A stretch of DNA of 34,263 bases from a virus (taxonomy: Duplodnaviria; Caudoviricetes). Location: positions 1 through 34,263 of IMG/VR virus record IMGVR_UViG_3300045825_000820; one strand, given 5' to 3'. Below, piece by piece: positions 26,226 to 34,263 of this stretch. How positions within the stretch are numbered: the stretch's first letter is position 1; each line of letters opens with the position of its first letter. The notes below the pieces were generated by a model. It was not told where the DNA came from and did not search any database. It was given only the letters and a program-made list of their open reading frames with translations. Position numbers and translations under genes: made by a program.

Positions 26226-26235
26226 TTTGCATCAC

Positions 26236-26263
26236 CCGGCGGCATGGTGCCGCCGGATTTTTT
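26236..26263 (+). terminator. Intrinsic terminator
   Basis: CCGGCGGCA-TGG-TGCCGCCGG-ATTTTTT immediately before the HTH gene RBS. Confidence 0.8.
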
Positions 26264-26273
26264 GGAGAAATGA

Positions 26274-26651
26274 ATGAGTAACCACCCCAATCGAAGCAAA
26301 GAGGGAAGCGATGCCAGCAACCCAACACCGGAAGAGATACGCCAAGCCCGCGAAGCGGCAGGGCTGACCCAGACCGAAGCGGGCAAGCTTGTATATACAC
26401 AATGCCGCGTATGGCAACAATGGGAAGCGATACCCGGAACGCAAGGCTACCGCCGCATGCATCCGGCATTCTGGGAGCTTTTCAACATCAAAACAAATAG
26501 CACCCCGGCGCAGCGCCTGAAATACCTGCATTCTCTGCGTGACGGAAAGCATCAGGCTGAATGCACTGAAACAGAATCCGAATATATGGCCCTGCTGAAA
26601 GTTTCAGAATTTAATGCATCACCGCGCCCAGCCAGAAAGGCCAAACAGTGA
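26274..26651 (+). CDS. XRE-type HTH regulator, Aca/KorC-like, with C-terminal extension
   Basis: PTPEEIRQAREAAGLTQTEAGKLV...WQQWE...RRMHPAFWELF. Confidence 0.85.
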   Translation: MSNHPNRSKEGSDASNPTPEEIRQAREAAGLTQTEAGKLVYTQCRVWQQWEAIPGTQGYRRMHPAFWELFNIKTNSTPAQRLKYLHSLRDGKHQAECTETESEYMALLKVSEFNASPRPARKAKQ

Positions 26652-27058
26652 AAACTCTATCCGTTCAACAACCCTGGGCAACGTTCATTGCACAAGGCTG
26701 GAAGACCATCGAAGTGCGCACCTGGCGCACCGACTATCGCGGCCCGTTGCTGATCGCCGCCAGTCAAGGCGGCAAACTTCCCGCCAGCGTGACCCACATC
26801 GAAGAGGAGGGAATAAGCATTCACATGCCGCGCGGCGTGGCGCTGTGCGTGGTGGATCTGTTAGATATTCGCCCTCTCCGCCTCGCTGATGCGAAAGCGG
26901 CAAACCTCGAACCGGAAGACCTGCACGCCGATGGTTGGGCATGGTTACTAGGCAACCCGCGCGCGGTCGAGCCAATACCCATCAAAGGCAAGCTCAGCCT
27001 CTACGACACGCCTGATGAGCTTATTCGGGCACAGCCCCCAGCAACGCATCGCCGCTGA
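26648..27058 (+). CDS. ASCH-domain protein
   Basis: LSVQQPWA...GWKTIEVRTWRTDYRGPLLI...IPIKGKLSLY; GTGA-coupled to the HTH gene. Confidence 0.92.
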   Translation: MKTLSVQQPWATFIAQGWKTIEVRTWRTDYRGPLLIAASQGGKLPASVTHIEEEGISIHMPRGVALCVVDLLDIRPLRLADAKAANLEPEDLHADGWAWLLGNPRAVEPIPIKGKLSLYDTPDELIRAQPPATHRR

Positions 27059-27707
27059 CAAACTGTTCATGCGGCTGGACTCCCAGCCGCTTTTTAATCT
27101 CGCCCATCTCGTCTTGATCGCGGCATACCACTACAAAATAAAACTCGGCACTGTTCGCCCCGCGCATATTCTCAACACCCTTTGCGCGTGCTGCCTTGAT
27201 CGCCTCCAGCTTTTCCTTCTCATTCTCCACTGCGCGGGTATCTTCAAAAGCATGTGAAAACCGCGCATCGCCGTCGAACATGAAATCGACATCGAGCTGA
27301 TCGAAACCCATGCCGTTGAAATCCACTCCCAGCTCCAAATTCATCTCGGCCAGTACGTCGAGGTCGAATACACCCTGCGCGGCGGGGTTATTCAGGAATG
27401 CCAGCATCTCCAGCTCTTGCTTGTCGTCGAGGTCGCAAAAGCTCACGTCGAGCTGATAATCGTTCGCCCGCGTCGTCTCGTTGTACTTCTCCAACTTATC
27501 CAGTACAGCAAGACGCTGATGCCCACCTACGATCAACATCGTGCGCCGGTTAGCGCAAATCGGCGTAATCATGCCCACCTCATCAACTTTGCCCTTTAGC
27601 CGGTGCTGCGCGCTTTTGGCAATTTTGCGCGGGTTACGCGGATGCGGGCTGATCTCGTGCCGCCACACGCGGCCCATTTCAAACTGCTGGTGTTTGGTAA
27701 CGCTCAC
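27021..27707 (-). CDS. ParB/sulfiredoxin N-terminal domain protein
   Basis: NPRKI, IVGGHQRL, LNNPAAQGVFD; probable GTG start at 27707 (GGAG RBS, GTGA overlap). Confidence 0.85.
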   Translation of the reverse strand: MSVTKHQQFEMGRVWRHEISPHPRNPRKIAKSAQHRLKGKVDEVGMITPICANRRTMLIVGGHQRLAVLDKLEKYNETTRANDYQLDVSFCDLDDKQELEMLAFLNNPAAQGVFDLDVLAEMNLELGVDFNGMGFDQLDVDFMFDGDARFSHAFEDTRAVENEKEKLEAIKAARAKGVENMRGANSAEFYFVVVCRDQDEMGEIKKRLGVQPHEQFVSGDALLGAVPE

Positions 27708-28363
27708 GGCAATGTCTCCCCTGACTCTTCGCACTCGCGAATAAATTTTTCCACCCCCGCACCGACAAACGGGAAAAATTCCTCGATTTTCGCGTAGTCG
27801 TCGGGATAGTGCTTGCGCACCTTGTACATATCTTCCGGGTCGAGCGACCGGAACGAATGCCCCAAAAACCGCGACTCCGGCGAAACTTTGAGCTGGTGCT
27901 GTGCCACATAGCGCAACACATCTTCCTTGCGGAAATACGCCGCCGGATAAAACCGCCCACGTGGTACATCAATGCTGCCCGACTTTTTCATCATCGCGCG
28001 CCGCACAATCGAATCGGCGATGCGCTCACCGGCGGCGATCCAGCGTTGCCCTGTTTGCAGCCGCACGTAATGGTACAACTCGTTAAAACTCACTACCGGC
28101 ACCGACAAATCGTGATGCCTGAACAACCCGTAGCGCAAAAACTCGCTCAGCTCGGGATGAGGCACCCGCAAAATCTCGATCCCATATTTATTCTCATACC
28201 AGCGCAATGTCGCCTCTTGAAACGACAAGCCCGGCACTTGGTACATAAAGAACACATGCACGCGCTTGAAATGCCGCATGCACATATCCAGCACGACCAC
28301 TGAATCTTTCCCACCCGAAAAGCTGACAATGACTTCGGGGGAATACCGGCAGGCTGCCTTCAC
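27704..28363 (-). CDS. PAPS-reductase-like (PP-loop adenine nucleotide alpha-hydrolase) protein; start uncertain
   Basis: VSFSGGKDS PP-loop, GERIADSIVRR, RFYPAAYFRKEDV. Confidence 0.85.
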   Translation of the reverse strand: MKAACRYSPEVIVSFSGGKDSVVVLDMCMRHFKRVHVFFMYQVPGLSFQEATLRWYENKYGIEILRVPHPELSEFLRYGLFRHHDLSVPVVSFNELYHYVRLQTGQRWIAAGERIADSIVRRAMMKKSGSIDVPRGRFYPAAYFRKEDVLRYVAQHQLKVSPESRFLGHSFRSLDPEDMYKVRKHYPDDYAKIEEFFPFVGAGVEKFIRECEESGETLP

Positions 28364-28444
28364 CGGTTCGAAGAGCAGGTGCAGACGGGCTTGGTGCTGC
28401 GTTTCTCTTTCTAGCCATGATACTCACCTCCTCTCTATGCCTGA

Positions 28445-28636
28445 TTAACTACCTGCGTTCGCATTTGAATTTCGTCTGAATTCTCTATTTCTTTCAGATC
28501 GATTATTGTTTGTCATCGCCTTCCAATACTTCCCGTTTTTTACATCCTTTGCGTAGCAATATTCCCAAAGCGTATGAGCAGATTCACCAAGTTCGGCAAC
28601 ATCTTGCAGCCACTGTGCTTTCTGATCCTCGTTCAT
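28445..28636 (-). CDS. Small AT-rich hypothetical protein
   Basis: 63 aa, AGGA RBS, fills the intergenic gap. Confidence 0.5.
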   Translation of the reverse strand: MNEDQKAQWLQDVAELGESAHTLWEYCYAKDVKNGKYWKAMTNNNRSERNREFRRNSNANAGS

Positions 28637-28647
28637 TTGTATTTATC

Positions 28648-29748
28648 CTAATTAGAAATTCGTTTCTGTACCGCCGACCATTTCGACCGGATCATCCCTT
28701 TGGATAGCTTTCCCTGGTCGAACACCTCGGCCTTGTTCACCCCCAGCGCGCCTTGCCGTTGTTCTGGAGTCAGTCGCGCCAAGGCTTCCATGCTGCTTTC
28801 TTTGCCTGCCTGATCTTCTGCGGTTACCTCATCCTTGAACACGGTTTCCAGAAAGCTCAGTGTGTTTGGGTGCGCTGGCCAAGGGCATGCCTCGCGGCTG
28901 GGATAGACCCCTTCGCCTAGCCCGAACAGGTTTTGCGTGGACAGCAAATCACAGATGTCCGGCTTCGGGTGAGCAGGGGAGAGCACAAAGCGCACGCCCG
29001 CCGTATCGGGTAGTGAAAATGCGCTCTTGAAATACGCCTCGCCGTGCGCCCGGTTAATCTCGGTACGCATCAGCCTCATTGCGTTATCCATCGGGCTTCC
29101 TTGCCCGGTCAGCAGCTCGCCCGTGGCGTTGCTCATTGCTTGTGCGTTGCCCTCATTCATCTTGTCCGCGATGTCTGCCGGAACGCCTTGCCCCTTCATC
29201 ATCAATTCCCGCGCTGACTGCGCCGCGCCGTGGCCTTGGATAATCGCTTGCTCGATATGGTTCACCACCACATCCCGCGCATGCCGATCCAGCCGCCAGA
29301 GTCGATCTGATAACTGCAAACCGTCCGCAGCAACAAAGGTGCGTACAAACTGCAACGCCTCGTGGTTGATCGTCATCGCCGCCGCCGAAGACAGCATCGC
29401 CGTAGGGGCGTATGGCAATACGCCCGCACTCGCCGCACCCATTCCCGCCGCCGTAAACGGCGCGGTACCGGAATCCGCCGCCGCCGCCAAACTCCCATCC
29501 AGCAACGCGTTACGCGCTACCGACAATTGCTTGAGCCGATCTTGTACCTGTGCCAACACATTCTGCAATTCCGACAACATCACGTTACCGTCACGCCCCG
29601 CCTGAGAAGCGATGCGCTGCGCGATGTCGTTGGCGGCCTGCCGGTAGAGCTGCCGCAATTCTTCCAGCGCGGAAGCGTCCAATGCCACAACCTCGCGCTG
29701 TGCAGCGAGGGTGGCGCGCTTGATGGCGGCTTGAGTAGGATCAGCCAT
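28648..29748 (-). CDS. Head morphogenesis protein (Mu gpF/SPP1 gp7-like)
   Basis: RLMRTEINRAH, DICD, PAHPNT; follows the portal. Confidence 0.8.
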   Translation of the reverse strand: MADPTQAAIKRATLAAQREVVALDASALEELRQLYRQAANDIAQRIASQAGRDGNVMLSELQNVLAQVQDRLKQLSVARNALLDGSLAAAADSGTAPFTAAGMGAASAGVLPYAPTAMLSSAAAMTINHEALQFVRTFVAADGLQLSDRLWRLDRHARDVVVNHIEQAIIQGHGAAQSARELMMKGQGVPADIADKMNEGNAQAMSNATGELLTGQGSPMDNAMRLMRTEINRAHGEAYFKSAFSLPDTAGVRFVLSPAHPKPDICDLLSTQNLFGLGEGVYPSREACPWPAHPNTLSFLETVFKDEVTAEDQAGKESSMEALARLTPEQRQGALGVNKAEVFDQGKLSKGMIRSKWSAVQKRISN

Positions 29749-31120
29749 TGCTTATTGCCGTCCCACTGCCACCCTTGCGCTCATTTCCCGGCGTGATACT
29801 GACGTTCGGTACCGCCGCCGCTGCCGGTGTATCCGATGGGTACGGGTCATAGTTCTCCGCCTCCCATTTTTTGCGCCGCTCAACGTAAGCTGGGTCGTAG
29901 CCAAGCTCTTCCCATACCAATCCTTTCGGCAATCCCAAAGCTTGTAGCTTTAATGCCCTGTCAGTAGTTTGAGATGGGGATTCGGTGCGGCGCTCTGCAA
30001 ACACGATCTGGAAATCTTCATCGTCCGGGTTGACGCCCTTCAGTAGCAGATGCAGCCGGAATCCTTGCTCGTAAGCAAAGGCGAGCGTGTCCTGAAACAC
30101 ATCAATATTGTCGTAGTACATGCCCTTCACATCGTCCAGAATGTCGCGGCTCAGCCCGTCGCTGTAACCCATCATTCCCTTCGGTACAGGCGTTCCGGCA
30201 AAGAAGGTATTCAGCAAATGCACGATGTCGCCGATCTCGGAAAGAGCAGCATCGCCCTGCACCGAATTCACGCCGCCTTCCTTGTTCGTGTAGTAGTCGG
30301 TAGTTGCGCCCTGCGCCTGATCTTTTTCCACCTGATCGCGATAGGCTTGCACTTCGTCGGTGCTCGCGCCTTTAAGCACGTGCACCATACGCAACGGTGC
30401 GCGCATCCGACGACGGATAACAAGGTCTTCTTCGGCCATGCTCAGCTTGCGCCAAGTAGTGCGCGAAGCGTCCAGTAGCGGCCTGCCTAAGCTGCCCATG
30501 TCGTCGTAATTGTCGGGGTCAAAACGCGCAACCGTCAGCTTATAAAGCGGGAAGCTGGCCAACTCGCCGCCGGTAAAGATGTCGCGCTGGATATAGGCCT
30601 TGGTCACATCTTTAAATCGTCCGTCCGCGTCTACGTTCGGCATGATCGTTTCAGCGGGCATCGCCACCGATCCCACTACGTTCATTTGATCGTCAAATAT
30701 CCATTGCAGCGGCAATGAACCCTGCATAGCCAGTAAGCGGGCATCTGATTTTAATTTCTCCACGCGGTTGAGTTGCAAGTTGCGCTGAAAATCTTTCCAT
30801 TCGCCATCCAGTTGAGTGCTCTCTTGCCCTTGTTGCAAAATCAAACCACCCTTCACGGTATCAAGCGCGATCTGCGCATGAATGCGCCGCACCCGCCCGT
30901 CTGTCCGTTCCATTTCGCGGATGTCGAGTATGGCTTGCCGCAGGTCTGGATCAACCCAGAACAGCCGGTACATATATTTCATCTGCGCTTCAGGCGTAGG
31001 GCGGCGGCCTATTTCGCTGGTAGCCGCATTCTGCGATGCGGTTTCGTTCGGCAACAAATGTTCCGCTGGAGCCGTGCTAACAGCAGGCTTTCGCCGCAAT
31101 AAAATATCAAGCAGTCCCAT
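29741..31120 (-). CDS. Portal protein
   Basis: 459 aa, GRPLLD...EEDLVIRRRMRAP, VPKGMMG; between terminase and F-like gene. Confidence 0.8.
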   Translation of the reverse strand: MGLLDILLRRKPAVSTAPAEHLLPNETASQNAATSEIGRRPTPEAQMKYMYRLFWVDPDLRQAILDIREMERTDGRVRRIHAQIALDTVKGGLILQQGQESTQLDGEWKDFQRNLQLNRVEKLKSDARLLAMQGSLPLQWIFDDQMNVVGSVAMPAETIMPNVDADGRFKDVTKAYIQRDIFTGGELASFPLYKLTVARFDPDNYDDMGSLGRPLLDASRTTWRKLSMAEEDLVIRRRMRAPLRMVHVLKGASTDEVQAYRDQVEKDQAQGATTDYYTNKEGGVNSVQGDAALSEIGDIVHLLNTFFAGTPVPKGMMGYSDGLSRDILDDVKGMYYDNIDVFQDTLAFAYEQGFRLHLLLKGVNPDDEDFQIVFAERRTESPSQTTDRALKLQALGLPKGLVWEELGYDPAYVERRKKWEAENYDPYPSDTPAAAAVPNVSITPGNERKGGSGTAISNG

Positions 31121-31122
31121 GT

Positions 31123-31467
31123 TTAACTCCTGCCCGAAAGCGCATGCACCACTGCGCGAAAAATATAATCTTTCGCCTGCTGCTCTTTTGGAAGTTGGTT
31201 AAATGGAACCATACACGGATGAGTCTTTTTTTCTGGGTCTTTAACATCTCCATATACCCAGCCTTCATTGATTTTTTGATTCATCCAGCTTATGTGACTT
31301 GCCTCTGGTCCGAAGTCGCCCATCGTATGAAGATCAACGCCCATTCTGGCTGAAATGCGCTGCCACTCAGGAGCGTCATCCCATTTTGGCTGACTGTTAT
31401 CACCCATTGCTGCGCAATATGCAGCGTTAATTTCATGACATACCCGAGCAATATTTTCCTTATTCAT
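31123..31467 (-). CDS. Stand-alone RyR-domain protein
   Basis: HISWMNQKINEGWVYGDVKDPEKKTHPCMVPFNQLPKEQQAKD matches the RyR repeat pattern. Confidence 0.85.
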   Translation of the reverse strand: MNKENIARVCHEINAAYCAAMGDNSQPKWDDAPEWQRISARMGVDLHTMGDFGPEASHISWMNQKINEGWVYGDVKDPEKKTHPCMVPFNQLPKEQQAKDYIFRAVVHALSGRS

Positions 31468-31699
31468 TTAAAACTCCTTTCGTATGTAAAATCACTTCGC
31501 CGACACTGCGCCAGCCGTCCATCATTCCCAAATCGTTTAACTCTTTAAGCATCGGCCCCAGCTCCGGCATGTGCATGCGCACCATCTCCCGATTCTCGGC
31601 CACTTTCGCTTTTTCGATTTCCGTCAAATCCCGTAACGGTTTTTTTACCGGCTCGGGGTAGGGCGGCTCGCGCTTCACGAAAAAATGCGCCTTGCTCAT
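31460..31699 (-). CDS. Phage hypothetical protein
   Basis: 79 aa, overlaps the RyR gene start; HMPEL...GMMDGWR. Confidence 0.65.
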   Translation of the reverse strand: MSKAHFFVKREPPYPEPVKKPLRDLTEIEKAKVAENREMVRMHMPELGPMLKELNDLGMMDGWRSVGEVILHTKGVLNE

Positions 31700-31709
31700 G
31701 CCGTCCCGA

Positions 31710-33305
31710 TCATCTTTCCGCCTCCGGCAAAGAGATCCCCATCAACTGATCCCGTGTCTGCACGCGGCTGGCGATCACGGTTGGCACATCCTCTGCGCCG
31801 CGACATTGCAGCGCCCATACCGCCGCGCACATGGCATCAAACAAGTCATCGCCGACCTTCGTATCGGCTTGATTGAACGAGGAGTAATCCGCTTTTGTTT
31901 TTTCTTCTTTGATGTTGCCCAGGTGCCGCACGAGGTCACGCCAGTCAATACAAGCAGGATCATCCTCTTCAAAAAATGGCATTGCCGCTCGACCGTTATG
32001 GAACACACTGCGCACGGCGGAAGCCATTGCATGCTTGGTCATGCCTTGAAATCGAATGGGTGAAAACGGCCATTGCGTCCACGTACTTTGCGAACTCTTG
32101 CCGTCGCCGACAGTTTTGATATCTACTTCCACCAACCCTTTACGAAACAGCAGCTCGTTCACCGAGGTCATCAGCCCGATACCGTAAGCATCGCCCATCG
32201 CATAGTCGGGTCGGAAATATTCCCACTCCGCCAGCAGGTCGCGCTCGATCACGCCCTCATCGGTATCCGCTGGCCAAGTGCGCACGCGAATCGTCACCAC
32301 AAAATTACCGATCAATTCCGTCACGACTAACGCGCTGCGCGAGGCATGAAGACTTTCCCCGTGTCCAAGATGGTCGTAGCCAAAAGAGAGAATGCCGCGT
32401 TTCTTGTAACGCTTGCCCGGCAACGGCTCCACGATCTCCATCCCCGCCGCCAGCCCGACGGTCTTCGCCTTCTGAATATGCTTTTCCCAAATCCAGTTCG
32501 TCGCCGCAATGTTCATGCACAAAAACTGCCTCAGCCACTCGCCTTCCGTCTGCTGGGCACGCATCGAGTCCACCCAATCCCGGCTAATAATCCCCAGCTC
32601 CTGCCCCATGTACACATCTACAGTCGGGAGAACGTGATATTTGCCTGAATTGATAAGCCCTTGCAGTACGTCTGCCCCCTTGAATACGCCTGAGATACGA
32701 ATTGATGGCTCGATCTTGATGCTCATCCCCAATCGTTCGGATGCGCCCAACATCGGCAGAAAGCGCGACAGCAATCTATCGGCGGGCATATCGTCAACTT
32801 CTTCCAATGAGGCCATCGCTAATGAGTCGCCGTCGATCTGCCCCATGATCCCGTAAGCTGTTACCTTCGAGCCGTTGGCAAACATAAATCCGCTATCGTT
32901 TAACCTCTGCCGACCTCGATTGAACGCGATATAGGCCGCCAACATCGGGGAGCGCTTGATCGCTTCCAGCATGTAATTCAGATTGTTCATACTCTGTTTC
33001 TGACGCGGCGCAACGATACCCAGCTCCAATCCCGGCGAGGTCGCCATCGTTTCAAGGTTATGAAGTTCTTTCGTAGAAGTCTTACGCGTGCGTCGGCAAG
33101 AAAAATCAATCGTGTTGCAGTGCTGATCCATCTCAATCATCCGCAATACCTGCATCACATCGAGATTCACGTTATGAACGTGCTTGTGCCACAACGCATG
33201 CTGCTTGATTCCCGTCACGGGGTCGGGTAGGGCGTAGCGCATGATCTCCACCTCGGCGCGATTCGTGAGGCGGATACGCGTGGATTTATTGACACGCTCA
33301 GCCAC
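31710..33305 (-). CDS. Terminase large subunit
   Basis: Deviant Walker A SCRRTRKTS, IVAPRQKQS, Walker B ASLEEVDDM, nuclease acidic motifs FGYDH, GDAYG, GDDLFDA. Confidence 0.82.
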   Translation of the reverse strand: MAERVNKSTRIRLTNRAEVEIMRYALPDPVTGIKQHALWHKHVHNVNLDVMQVLRMIEMDQHCNTIDFSCRRTRKTSTKELHNLETMATSPGLELGIVAPRQKQSMNNLNYMLEAIKRSPMLAAYIAFNRGRQRLNDSGFMFANGSKVTAYGIMGQIDGDSLAMASLEEVDDMPADRLLSRFLPMLGASERLGMSIKIEPSIRISGVFKGADVLQGLINSGKYHVLPTVDVYMGQELGIISRDWVDSMRAQQTEGEWLRQFLCMNIAATNWIWEKHIQKAKTVGLAAGMEIVEPLPGKRYKKRGILSFGYDHLGHGESLHASRSALVVTELIGNFVVTIRVRTWPADTDEGVIERDLLAEWEYFRPDYAMGDAYGIGLMTSVNELLFRKGLVEVDIKTVGDGKSSQSTWTQWPFSPIRFQGMTKHAMASAVRSVFHNGRAAMPFFEEDDPACIDWRDLVRHLGNIKEEKTKADYSSFNQADTKVGDDLFDAMCAAVWALQCRGAEDVPTVIASRVQTRDQLMGISLPEAER

Positions 33306-34263
33306 GATCTACGCCGATCTGTTGCGCTTGATGCTCCAGCAATACCGGATCACGTGCCTTATTTATCCGCGCTGCCTCCATCACGCCGCGCAACCCTTCC
33401 AACGCCTCGACCTGTCTGCGCTGGTAATCGCCCAACTCTTCGCGCTGCGCTGCCCCGTCATTCAGCTTGCCCAGCTCTGCATCTTCATCCTCAATAATCT
33501 TAGCTGTCATGCCCATATCAGAGAGCGAAAGCCCGGTGCGCGTCAAAATCTCACCCAACGGCCGGAACAGCGGATGCGCTTCGATATTTGAAATAATTCT
33601 GGATTGTGTGTTTCCGTCCGCGTCCTGATAGAAATACCGCGCAATGATGCAATTGCCATCCTTGTCGGTCGAGCACTCCGGCGTAGTGATCTTCACTCCG
33701 TCTGCGATGATGGTCTGGAGAATCTGCTGCAACACCGCAAAAATAGAAGCCTGCAAATCCGCATAGATTCCCATCAAGTGCTTGGGATTTCGCTGCTCAA
33801 AAGCGGCGTGATGCACCATAAACAACTCGGTCTTTTTCACGCAAGCCGGTTGTGTCCTGCAATGATCTCGGTTCACATCGCATGTTTTACAAAATGCATA
33901 GCCGTCAGGCTTGGAAGGGAAGTAGGTTGCCGTGCGCGCCGATAGCCCGTGCGACATCGCATTAAACCGTGTGCGTAGCGATTCGTCCTTAGTGGGATGA
34001 CCTTCAAGATTCGCGGCGGTTGCCGCCTTGCCATCCTCAGTACGCGGCCCGGTTGCGTTAACGTAAGCCTTCAGCAAATTGCGCTGCCAGTGAACTTGTC
34101 CGCACTCGGTCCCGCATTTCGGGCAATCAGCAAAATACTCAAAAGGATGATGCTCTAATTCTGGCGCAGAAATAATCCTTCTCGGCTCGACCGTAAACGT
34201 GTGTTTATCCGGCTTGCAGTAAAAGGTAATCGCGGAAAGTGGGGAGGAACGGTCTTTTGCCAT
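33298..34263 (-). CDS. Putative terminase small subunit / Zn-finger DNA-binding protein
   Basis: Overlaps the large subunit start; CPKC and CKTC motifs, TGPRTEDGK...NAMSHGL. Confidence 0.6.
   Translation of the reverse strand: MAKDRSSPLSAITFYCKPDKHTFTVEPRRIISAPELEHHPFEYFADCPKCGTECGQVHWQRNLLKAYVNATGPRTEDGKAATAANLEGHPTKDESLRTRFNAMSHGLSARTATYFPSKPDGYAFCKTCDVNRDHCRTQPACVKKTELFMVHHAAFEQRNPKHLMGIYADLQASIFAVLQQILQTIIADGVKITTPECSTDKDGNCIIARYFYQDADGNTQSRIISNIEAHPLFRPLGEILTRTGLSLSDMGMTAKIIEDEDAELGKLNDGAAQREELGDYQRRQVEALEGLRGVMEAARINKARDPVLLEHQAQQIGVDRG

Larger units (their letters stand above)
1..34263 (-). mobile_element. Temperate tailed phage/prophage segment (siphovirus-like)
   Basis: Ordered terminase-portal-head-lysis-tail-tape measure-receptor binding modules, a divergent repressor pair and an early operon. 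No host housekeeping genes, tail sheath or att sites seen. Confidence 0.95.

Noticed and set aside
24000-27060. Whole plus-strand operon as an invertible segment or IS
   Set aside because: No terminal inverted repeats, target duplication or transposase seen at the boundaries.
21284-29748. Calling the phage a Mu-like transposable phage
   Set aside because: Only the protease and F-like genes are Mu-like; no transposase A/B, ner or mom in the window.
1-34263. Second DGR target (another VR)
   Set aside because: By eye, no other match to TR landmarks such as GTGGGCTTTCGCTCG or GGGGTGTGGGCGTTG; a short-word BLASTN of the TR would be decisive.
1-34263. CRISPR array, tRNA, rRNA or att site
   Set aside because: No regularly spaced repeats, cloverleaf or host junction seen by eye; intergenic space is minimal.

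Overview
The window is one continuous segment of a temperate, long-tailed (siphovirus-like) phage or prophage of a diderm, probably proteobacterial, host. Almost everything is encoded on the minus strand, and the window ends exactly at the ATG of a putative small terminase gene. From right to left it contains: packaging and head genes (with a stand-alone RyR-domain gene and a PAPS-reductase-like + ParB-like pair), an oppositely oriented accessory operon (strong sigma70 promoter with a palindromic operator, DUF932, two unknown genes, an Aca-like HTH, ASCH), a protease-scaffold-capsid fusion, lysis genes, and tail genes with a -1 frameshift chaperone pair. Next comes a complete diversity-generating retroelement (target/VR-avd-TR-RT) whose 14 TR/VR mismatches all fall on TR adenines, then morons, a dual Arc-family (RHH) switch, and an early operon with CII and a catalytic-domain-only tyrosine recombinase. 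The best candidates for new biology are the acr-aca-like operon, a 51-aa gene inside it flanked by inverted dif-like 11-6-11 sites, and the PAPS/ParB/ASCH cluster. Family names come from motif recognition, not from database searches.
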